From NCBI GenBank assembly GCA_049515535.1, contig JBEKTZ010000012.1:62001-114946 (forward strand): a DNA stretch of 52,946 bases, given 5' to 3'. The DNA is from Candidatus Aminicenantales bacterium (GTDB lineage Bacteria; Acidobacteriota; Aminicenantia; Aminicenantales; UBA4085). The notes under the pieces were generated by a model, which saw only the letters and a program-made list of their open reading frames with translations, was not told where the DNA came from and did no database searches. The position numbers were made by a program, and so were the translations under genes. This document shows positions 1 to 7,191 of the stretch, in pieces; the first letter of the stretch is position 1, and each line of letters starts with the position of its first letter.

Positions 1-18
1 CAAATCCCTCCGGGCGCG
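1..18 (+). tRNA. 3' end (T-loop, T-stem, acceptor strand) of tRNA-Arg(UCG) or an att-like copy of it; truncated by the window edge
   Basis: CAAATCCCTCCGGGCGCG is identical to 3679..3696, where the anticodon arm is visible. Confidence 0.6.
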
Positions 19-234
19 CTCTTTCTTTTATCCCCATAGAGGAGGCTTGTCGGGAACTGAGGATCCGGCTCCTCGTCTTCCCCCCTCGAACCCCTAAGCC
101 GCAGGCCTTTGCGGAGCGGCCGAATCAATTCAGAGCAGGATTGGAGCTCATCCTCAATCCAACGCGTCAATAGACGCGTCAATAGAGAGGTGGAGGAGTT
201 TAGGAAGTTGACGGATTGCAGGATTTTGGCTTAT
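1..234 (+). repeat. Direct repeat copy A (~230 bp: tRNA 3' end plus downstream flank)
   Basis: Near-identical to 3679..3901; differs by a 12-bp tandem duplication ACGCGTCAATAG (162..185) and a few substitutions/indels. Confidence 0.97.
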
Positions 235-485
235 TATTTCTACGCAAAAAGAGACGTGATGAATAGGGAGAATATGTACGAGCTAAAAAAATATGCGGGT
301 CGAAGACCATTATTTTATATCGAAGACCAACAAACGGCCATAAATCCCGGCTCTCTTGAAGCCTGGAAAAAACGACTGCTCGACAATTCGCTGGATCTTA
401 TCGTCAGAGACACCCTCCCTTTTTACTTTTAACATTCTCTTTAAGAATAAAGAAGATCAGTTTACCGGCGAAAAATGAGCTTAGA

Positions 486-1844
486 ATGAAAAGTATTAAT
501 CCAGCAACAGGAAAGGAGATCCGGGAATACCGGGAGCATAGCTCTTCCGGGACCTCAGAAATAATCCGGAAAGTCCATTTGGAATGGCAAAGATGGAAAG
601 AAACTTCGTTTGAATTCCGGGCAGATAAACTAAGGATGGTGACCGATGTCCTGCGCCGGAATAAGGAACTCTATGCCCGTCTTATGACTGAGGAAATGGG
701 AAAGATCATCCGTGAATCCCTAACAGAGGTTGAAAAATGTGCGAATTGCTGCGATTATTATGCGGATCATGCAGGATCGTTCCTTACAGACAGGATTATC
801 CCATCGGATGCCGGAAAGAGCTTTGTGACCTATGAACCGATGGGTGTGATCCTCGCAGTGATGCCCTGGAACTTTCCGTTCTGGCAGGTGATCCGTTTTG
901 CAGCACCAGCATTGATGGCAGGCAATGCAGCCCTTCTCAAACATGCATCCAATGTTCCCGGGTGCGCTGTTGCGCTCGAAGAGATATTCCGGGAAGCAGG
1001 CTTGCCTGAGAATCTCTTCCGGACACTTATAATCCCTTCGCAACTCGTGGAAGAGGTAATTTCAAATCCTTTGGTTTCGGCCGTCACACTGACCGGCAGC
1101 GAACAAGCGGGCAGCCGGGTCGCTGCGGCAGCAGGAAAGAACATAAAAAAATCTGTGCTTGAACTCGGCGGATCCGATCCATTCATTGTTCTCGACGATG
1201 CTGATCTTGAAAAAGCCGTAAAAACAGCCGTTGTATCCAGAATGATCAACCAGGGACAAAGCTGTATTGCCGCGAAACGGTTCATCGTTCACCAGAGTCG
1301 TATCGATGAGTTTACAGAGAAGCTACAGGATGCCTTTGAGAATCTGAAAACAGGTGATCCGTCAGATCCCGGAACCGATGTCGGTCCGCTGGCGAGGCAA
1401 GACCTTGTTGATGAAATAGATTCTCAGGTTAAACGTTCGCTGCAATTGGGTGCCAGGTTAGTTACCGGGGGAAGACGACCCGACCGGGAAGGATTCTACT
1501 ATCTTCCCACGATGCTTTCGGATATCACACCCGAAATGCCTGTTTTCAATGAAGAGACATTTGGTCCGGTTGCAGCAATCATTGCTGTTAAAAATGATGA
1601 CGAGGCGATCTGTGTGGCAAATGATTCGGAATTCGGACTGGGCGGAAGTATTTGGACAGCGGATAAACAGCGTGGGGAAGCCCTCGCCCGAAAAATCAAA
1701 ACAGGTTCCGTTTTTGTGAATGGCCTCATGAAATCCGATCCCCGGCTTCCCTTTGGTGGCGTGAAGAAATCGGGCTACGGACGGGAACTTTCGGATTATG
1801 GTATTCGGGAATTTGTCAATATTAAAACAATTTGGATAGAGTAG
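486..1844 (+). CDS. NAD(P)-dependent succinate-semialdehyde dehydrogenase-like aldehyde dehydrogenase (GabD/Sad type)
   Basis: ALDH motifs MPWNFP, LKHAS, TLTGSE, LELGGSDP, catalytic GQSCIA, EETFGP, PFGGVKKSGYGRE; codons visibly AT-richer than in neighbouring genes. Confidence 0.92.
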   Translation: MKSINPATGKEIREYREHSSSGTSEIIRKVHLEWQRWKETSFEFRADKLRMVTDVLRRNKELYARLMTEEMGKIIRESLTEVEKCANCCDYYADHAGSFLTDRIIPSDAGKSFVTYEPMGVILAVMPWNFPFWQVIRFAAPALMAGNAALLKHASNVPGCAVALEEIFREAGLPENLFRTLIIPSQLVEEVISNPLVSAVTLTGSEQAGSRVAAAAGKNIKKSVLELGGSDPFIVLDDADLEKAVKTAVVSRMINQGQSCIAAKRFIVHQSRIDEFTEKLQDAFENLKTGDPSDPGTDVGPLARQDLVDEIDSQVKRSLQLGARLVTGGRRPDREGFYYLPTMLSDITPEMPVFNEETFGPVAAIIAVKNDDEAICVANDSEFGLGGSIWTADKQRGEALARKIKTGSVFVNGLMKSDPRLPFGGVKKSGYGRELSDYGIREFVNIKTIWIE

Positions 1845-2047
1845 GTTAGGGATTACGTCGAAGCGAAATCTTTTAAAGGATAATATTTCCTATTTTTACA
1901 CTTTTCATGTAAGCGCATAAAGATGCAATTCCGTCGCAGAAATATTCCTGGTCCTTCCGAGGGCTCATGTCGACAAACGGAAGAACAGCGATCGAAGGCT
2001 GGCGCGCTTTTGGAGCGGCCTTGCCAACAGATTTCAAGGCCTCGAGC

Positions 2048-2098
2048 TTCCCCGAGTTTCTCGAGGATTTTATAATGGGCGACGAATTGGCCGATCAT
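2048..2098 (-). pseudogene. N-terminal 17 codons of a eukaryotic-like Ser/Thr protein kinase (remnant)
   Basis: [17 protein letters not shown] matches the start of Hanks-type kinases (HYxIxEKLGxGGMG); similarity stops at the Gly-loop. Confidence 0.65.
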
Positions 2099-2146
2099 CC
2101 TAACACCTTAAAATGCTCCCACTCGCACATCACGCGTTTCATGAAC

Positions 2147-3310
2147 TTATGGTCGTATGGGCTTTATATCCTCGAGTAACCTCGAGAAGGCCACAGCCCG
2201 GATTCTCTCGGCCAAACCGAACGTTCGTTCTCCCGCATGGATCACGTCCAGACTCCTCAATTTTAAATCTTTCAAAGCGTTTCTCATGGACGGAGTGAGG
2301 CGGGGCGAGCTGCTCCTCTTGACTTCGAATCCCAGCCGCCATCGACCGCTGACGACCAAAAGATCCAGTTCGCTTCCGGCATGCGTACCCCAAAAATAGC
2401 ATTCTTCAGACCTCGCCCCAAGTTGCCGGATCACCTGGTTGATAACGAAACCCTCCCACGACGCCCCGAGTTTCGGATGCTTTTCGAGGTCCTGCATGCG
2501 GATGATATTAAGAAGGGCGTGGAGAATCCCGCTATCCGTGAGATAGATCTTGGGCGACTTGATCTGCCGCTTGCTGATGTTCTCGTGCCATGGCTGAAGC
2601 TGGGTGACAACCAGCGCCGAAGTGAGCATATCGAGATAGTTCCGGACGGTCGTGTCGGCGACGCCGAAAGAGCGGGCAAATTCCGAGGAATTCCAGATCT
2701 GGCCGTGATAATGGGCCAGCATGGTCCAAAATCGGCGCAGAGTCGTCGATCGGATATTGATGCCAAGCTGAGGCAGATCTCTTTCCAGGAATGTCCGAAT
2801 GAAGCCGCGTCGCCATTCATCGCTCGCGGCGGTCGTTCGAGCCAGATAAGCCCTGGGAAATCCTCCTCTCAACCATAAGCGCGGGTGATGTATAACGCCG
2901 ACTTCATCCAGGGCCAGGCTTTTCAGTTCATGGTAGATGATCCGGCCGGCGAGCGTTTCGGACCCCTGACGAAGAAGCTCGGGCGAGGCGCTTCCCAAGA
3001 CGAGAAACCGGGCGGCGGGGCGGGGTCTATCGACCAGCACTCTCAACACCGGAAATAGGCCCGGTAACCGCTGGATTTCGTCGATCACGACGAGGCCCTT
3101 GAGTCCTTTGAGAGCGAGCATCGGATCGCCTAGCCGTGCTTCGTCTTCGGGATTCTCGAGGTCGAAATAATGAGCAGGCCCCCGCAGTTGGGCTACAAAC
3201 GAGCGGGCCAGGGTGGTCTTCCCGACCTGTCGTGCGCCGATGATGCCGACGATGGGATTCCGGGCGATGAGCCCCCGGAGAGTCTTGATTTCTCTTGGAC
3301 GGTCTATCAT
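2147..3310 (-). CDS. AAA_14 / DUF4143-type ATP-binding protein
   Basis: Walker A GARQVGKTT, Walker B VIDEIQR, LGSAS, SETLAGR, GGFP, KSPKIYLTDSG, C-terminal ELDL..GFEVK nuclease-like motif. Confidence 0.9.
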   Translation of the reverse strand: MIDRPREIKTLRGLIARNPIVGIIGARQVGKTTLARSFVAQLRGPAHYFDLENPEDEARLGDPMLALKGLKGLVVIDEIQRLPGLFPVLRVLVDRPRPAARFLVLGSASPELLRQGSETLAGRIIYHELKSLALDEVGVIHHPRLWLRGGFPRAYLARTTAASDEWRRGFIRTFLERDLPQLGINIRSTTLRRFWTMLAHYHGQIWNSSEFARSFGVADTTVRNYLDMLTSALVVTQLQPWHENISKRQIKSPKIYLTDSGILHALLNIIRMQDLEKHPKLGASWEGFVINQVIRQLGARSEECYFWGTHAGSELDLLVVSGRWRLGFEVKRSSSPRLTPSMRNALKDLKLRSLDVIHAGERTFGLAERIRAVAFSRLLEDIKPIRP

Positions 3311-3320
3311 GGCCGTAGAT

Positions 3321-3361
3321 TATCTTGAAAATTCGGTCAAGTCAACCGAATTTTCAAGATA
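3321..3361. promoter_or_regulatory. Perfect 17-bp inverted repeat overlapping the putative promoter of the AAA ATPase gene
   Basis: TATCTTGAAAATTCGGT-7nt-ACCGAATTTTCAAGATA; the minus strand reads TTGACT-N17-TAATCT then ATG 6 nt later. Confidence 0.8.
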
Positions 3362-3391
3362 GCATTCTTGGAAACACCTCGAAGAAAATTC

Positions 3392-3625
3392 TCACTCCTC
3401 GAAATGCTCCGCTTTGTACCTCACGCGCTCCATGAGCTTCTTGAAGCGCTCATCGCCGCGGATATTGGCGAGATAGGGATCATATTCATTGAGGAAGGGG
3501 TAATTGATGAAGCCGCAGTCAACTGCATTTTCCAGCCAATCTAAAGCGTTTTTTCTTTTGTCAAGCAATGCGAACACTGTTGCAGCCCGAGATGACCAAT
3601 AGGGGTCCCTCCTGCACTATTTATA
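3392..3625 (-). pseudogene. C-terminal remnant of a kinase/TPR-type protein
   Basis: CRRDPYWS...FALLDKRKNALDWLENAVDCGFINYPFLNEYDPYLANIRGDERFKKLM resembles the C-terminal TPR tail of Ser/Thr kinase-TPR proteins; in-frame TAG upstream and no N-terminus. Confidence 0.65.
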
Positions 3626-3627
3626 GT

Positions 3628-3654
3628 AAAGCCCGGGTCCCCGGCCGCCGTGGA
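3628..3654 (+). repeat. Partial (3' half) copy of the ~65 bp palindromic repeat family
   Basis: AAAGCCCGGGTCCCCGGCCGCCGTGGA matches the 3' half of the copies at 37411, 44766(-) and 50269. Confidence 0.8.
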
Positions 3655-3696
3655 CTTCGAATCCAAAGGTCGGGGGTTCAAATCCCTCCGGGCGCG
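3651..3696 (+). pseudogene. 3' half of tRNA-Arg(UCG) (att-like fragment)
   Basis: Anticodon arm TGGA-CTTCGAA-TCCA (anticodon TCG 3657..3659), T-arm GGGGG-TTCAAAT-CCCTC, acceptor strand CGGGCGC+G; D-arm and 5' acceptor strand absent. Confidence 0.88.
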
Positions 3697-3901
3697 CTCT
3701 TTCTTTTATCCCCCATAGAGGAGGCTTGTCGGGAACTGAGGATCCGGCTCCTCGTCTTCCCCCCTCGAACCCCTAAGCCGCAGGCCTTTGCGGAGCGGCC
3801 GAATCAATTCAGAGCCGGATTGGAGCTTATCCTCAATCCAACGCGTCAATAGAGAGGTGGAGGCGTTTAGGAAGTTGACGGATTGCCGGATTTTGGCTTA
3901 T
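3679..3901 (+). repeat. Direct repeat copy B
   Basis: Near-identical to 1..234. Confidence 0.97.
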
Positions 3902-3904
3902 ACT
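3875..3904 (+). promoter_or_regulatory. Putative sigma70 promoter for the 4010..10953 operon, at the 3' end of the repeat
   Basis: TTGACG-N18-TATACT; copy A has TTGACG-N18-TATTAT at 208..237. Confidence 0.55.
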
Positions 3905-4009
3905 GATTTCTATTAGCGGGCAGGAAGAGGCGCTGATAGGGTTCGAGTGGCGAGGCATAAAAAGCGGAAAACGCATGGCCGGTAACGAACAAAACAGAGT
4001 TCGGAGCGC

Positions 4010-4705
4010 ATGATCATGGAGAAGAAGACGGGTTCCTTCATCCGGGTCTATTGTCCGGAATTAATGGACACGATCACGCCGGGAGAATGGACGGATTGTC
4101 CTTTTTATCAAGGACAGAAGCTCGATTTTGCAAACACGGAAGAGGCCCTCAAACAGATCTTCCGCTGCCACGTTCAGTGCGACTGCAAAATCCTGTATCA
4201 GTATTACGACGGGGGCAAGCTCGTGCAGAAAGTCGAGGAGTCCATCGAGGACCAGGAGAGCCTCCGGCAAATCCTCTCTGTGGTGATGAAACAGGCGAAG
4301 AAGTCCGACGACAAAAGAGCGAAGAGAGTCCTCATCGTCGACGACGACCTCGATTTTCTGGAGATCCACTCCACCGTCCTGAAGAACAGGGGCTACGAAG
4401 TCATCACCGCCCAGAGCTCAAAGGAATGCCTGGAAAAGCTGGAAAAGGTCCGGCCCGACCTGGTCGTTTTGGACGTCATGATGGAACAGTTCAACGCCGG
4501 CTTCGAAGTGAGCAAGAAGATCAAGAAGAAATACCGCGACCTGCCCGTGATTCTCCTGACGTCCATCGGGCTTCAAACGGGCCTGGAATTCTCCTCCAAC
4601 GCCGACGTCTTGGAGGTCACGGGCGCCGACCTTCTTCTCGATAAGCCCGTCAGCCCCGAGGTCTTCGTCGCCGAGATCGAAAAATTGACCGCGGCCAAGG
4701 ACTAG
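4010..4705 (+). CDS. Response regulator: Cys-rich N-terminal domain plus C-terminal receiver, no DNA-binding domain
   Basis: REC motifs VLIVDDD, VVLDVMME, LLTS, DKP; N-terminal ~90 aa with five Cys (YCP..DCP..CHVQCDC). Confidence 0.85.
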   Translation: MIMEKKTGSFIRVYCPELMDTITPGEWTDCPFYQGQKLDFANTEEALKQIFRCHVQCDCKILYQYYDGGKLVQKVEESIEDQESLRQILSVVMKQAKKSDDKRAKRVLIVDDDLDFLEIHSTVLKNRGYEVITAQSSKECLEKLEKVRPDLVVLDVMMEQFNAGFEVSKKIKKKYRDLPVILLTSIGLQTGLEFSSNADVLEVTGADLLLDKPVSPEVFVAEIEKLTAAKD

Positions 4706-4727
4706 CGGACAGAGATCGCTGATTTCC

Positions 4728-6815
4728 ATGGACATTCTCAGCATCTCCGACACAAGATGCCGCAAATGCTACCGCTGCGTCCGGGATTGCCCCACCAACG
4801 CCCTGAAGATCGACAAGGGCACGGTCAAGCGCATCTGGAGCCGGTGCATTCTTTGCGGGATCTGCTATCGGCATTGTCCCCACGATGCCGTGAGCGCCCA
4901 TACCGGCGTCAAGCGTGTCCAGAAACTTCTCGACTCCGGCCAGAAGGTCGTCGTCTGCCTGGACCCCACGTTTCCGGCGGTCCTGGACCGGGGCACGCCC
5001 GGCCAGCTCGTCACCGCCCTCAAGAAGCTCGGCTTCTCCGAGGTCTGGGAGACCGCCGTCGGAGGGGAGCTGGTGGCCAAGGCCTATGATTCCTGGATCC
5101 GCCGACATCCGGAGTCGTCTTGGATTTCTTCGTTCTGCCCGTCGCTCGTTTATTATATAGAAAAGTTTGTGCCTCATTTGGCCAGCCGACTCATGCCGAT
5201 TGTTTCTCCGATGATTGCCTGCGGCCTGGCGGTCAAACGCCTCAGGGGGGCCGAGACAAAAGTCGTTTTTGTCGGGCCCTGCATTTCCAGGATCTGGGAG
5301 CGCATGGACCGTATCGGGAAGCAGGCCATCGATTATGTCTTGATCTACCACAACATCACGACCCTTCTCGAGGCGAGGGGGATCGACCGTGAAGCCCAAG
5401 AGCCGTCGGAGTTCGACGGTCCGCCGAGCAGCCTGGGACGGATCCTGAGCTTTTCCGGAGGTATGAGCAGGTGCGCCGGCTTTGATCAGGACCTCCTGAG
5501 CCTGGACCACGTGGTCGAGTCCGGAGCCGAGGAGGCCATGCGGGCCGTGAGGCAGCTCCAAGAGGGAAAGATCCGCTCCCAGTTCCTCGACCTGTTGTTC
5601 TGCCAAGGCTGCATCAACGGCCCGGCGACGGATAAAAAAATCTCGGGCCCCAGCCGAAAGCAGATCGTCGTGAACTACATCAAAGCCCAGGACAAGCCGA
5701 GACCGGCCGAGAAAAGAAATGACCTCAAGGCGCTGGATCGTCTGGATTTCTCCAGGAGATTCGCGGCCCGGGACGTCTCCGTGCCCGACCCCGCGGCCGC
5801 GGAGATCGAGGCCATACTGAACCAGCTCGGGAAGGCCTATCCCAATCAGAACTTGGACTGCGGGGCCTGCGGTTATAGTTCCTGCTGGGAGAAGGCCAAG
5901 GCCGTCGTCCAGGGCCTGGCCGAAACGGAAATGTGCTACCACTACCTCCTGGAGAGTCTCCAGGGCCTTTATTCGCGCCTGGAAAAGTCCCACGAACAGC
6001 TCAAGAGCTCCCATGAAGAGCTGGAGAAGGCCCAACGGCAGCTCATCCAGACCGAGAAGATGGCTTCTCTCGGGCAGCTGGCGGCCGGCGTCGCCCATGA
6101 GCTGAACAACCCCATCGGGACGATCATGATGTTCAGCCGGGTCATGCAGCGGGAGATGGATCAGAACAACAAGTGGCAGAAAGATATCAACCTCGTCGTC
6201 CAGGAAGCGGACCGGGCGGCCAAGATCGTCAAAGACCTGCTGAGTTTCGCCAAGGAGACCAAGATCCGGCCGGGACTCATCGCCATCAACCGGGTCATCG
6301 AGGAAGCCCTCTCCCTCCTAGTCAAGCAGTCTCTCTTCCACAACATCGAGGTGGCCACTCATCTCGACCCGTCGCTCCCGACGACCTTCGCCGATCCGGA
6401 CCTTCTGAAGCAGGTCTTTTTCAATATCATCCTGAACGGCGCCCAGGCCATGGACGGTCGAGGAGTCCTGACCGTCAAGAGCCTCAGGGTCGACGACGGC
6501 CGCAAGATCGAGATCCGGATCGAGGATACGGGCAAGGGGATCCCCGAGAAGCACATCCCCCGGCTCTTCGACCCGTTCTTCACGACCAAGGAGAAGGGGA
6601 CGGGGCTCGGCCTGGCCCTGGTCTACAGCATCATCTCCAAGCACAAGGGTGTGGTCTCCGTAGAGAGCCAGCTGGGAAAAGGGGCTACGTTCATCATCCT
6701 TTTGCCCGTCCTCGGCCAGGACGAATGGAACAAGAGCGAGGGCCCGGTCGAGGAGCTGAAGGACGCTCCCGAAGGAAAGAACCATGAAAGCCAGCGGAAA
6801 GATCTTATTGGTTGA
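4728..6815 (+). CDS. [FeFe]-hydrogenase-like (group C/HydS-type) sensor histidine kinase: 2x[4Fe-4S], Fe_hyd-like domain, FeS domain, HisKA, HATPase
   Basis: CRKCYRCVRDCP and CILCGICYRHCP; H-cluster-like motifs SSFCP, GPCISRIWE, DLLFCQGCING; DCGACGYSSC..EMC; H-box AHELNNP; DTGKG, FDPFFTTK, GTGLGL. Confidence 0.88.
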   Translation: MDILSISDTRCRKCYRCVRDCPTNALKIDKGTVKRIWSRCILCGICYRHCPHDAVSAHTGVKRVQKLLDSGQKVVVCLDPTFPAVLDRGTPGQLVTALKKLGFSEVWETAVGGELVAKAYDSWIRRHPESSWISSFCPSLVYYIEKFVPHLASRLMPIVSPMIACGLAVKRLRGAETKVVFVGPCISRIWERMDRIGKQAIDYVLIYHNITTLLEARGIDREAQEPSEFDGPPSSLGRILSFSGGMSRCAGFDQDLLSLDHVVESGAEEAMRAVRQLQEGKIRSQFLDLLFCQGCINGPATDKKISGPSRKQIVVNYIKAQDKPRPAEKRNDLKALDRLDFSRRFAARDVSVPDPAAAEIEAILNQLGKAYPNQNLDCGACGYSSCWEKAKAVVQGLAETEMCYHYLLESLQGLYSRLEKSHEQLKSSHEELEKAQRQLIQTEKMASLGQLAAGVAHELNNPIGTIMMFSRVMQREMDQNNKWQKDINLVVQEADRAAKIVKDLLSFAKETKIRPGLIAINRVIEEALSLLVKQSLFHNIEVATHLDPSLPTTFADPDLLKQVFFNIILNGAQAMDGRGVLTVKSLRVDDGRKIEIRIEDTGKGIPEKHIPRLFDPFFTTKEKGTGLGLALVYSIISKHKGVVSVESQLGKGATFIILLPVLGQDEWNKSEGPVEELKDAPEGKNHESQRKDLIG

Positions 6816-7191
6816 TGACGACCCCGATTTTCTGGACATGCACAAGGCCGTCCTGCAGAACCATGGCTATGACGTGCTCACCGCGACGAGCGGGCAGGAG
6901 GGGCTCGAGCGCGTCCGGGCGGAGATGCCGGATCTCATCATCCTGGACCTCATGATGGAGAAGCACGACGCCGGCTTCTCTTTCACCAAAACGGTGAAGA
7001 CCGACCCGCTGTTCAGGAAGATCCCCATCCTCATGGTGACGTCCGTGGCCGGGGTCACCGGATTCCGCTTCTCCCTGGAAGAGGACGGGTATTGGATGAA
7101 GACCGACGATTTCCTGGACAAACCCGTCATGCCGGAGGTCCTCCTGGAGCGGGTCGATAAACTCCTGAGCAAGCGAGAAGAGGGACAGTGA
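6784..7191 (+). CDS. Single-domain response regulator
   Basis: ILLVDDD, IILDLMME, MVTS, DKP; overlaps both neighbours. Confidence 0.92.
   Translation: MKASGKILLVDDDPDFLDMHKAVLQNHGYDVLTATSGQEGLERVRAEMPDLIILDLMMEKHDAGFSFTKTVKTDPLFRKIPILMVTSVAGVTGFRFSLEEDGYWMKTDDFLDKPVMPEVLLERVDKLLSKREEGQ

Noticed and set aside
109..432. 107-aa ORF
   Set aside because: First ~40 codons lie in the non-coding direct repeat; the remainder has no recognisable motif
3600..3696. Complete tRNA-Arg gene
   Set aside because: No D-arm or GCGCCCG 5' acceptor strand upstream of the anticodon arm
3568..3852. 94-aa ORF
   Set aside because: Reads through the repeat fragment, tRNA half and direct repeat; spurious
4728..6815. 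Catalytic [FeFe]-hydrogenase
   Set aside because: Proton-transfer Cys and P2 Lys are substituted and the domain is fused to a histidine kinase
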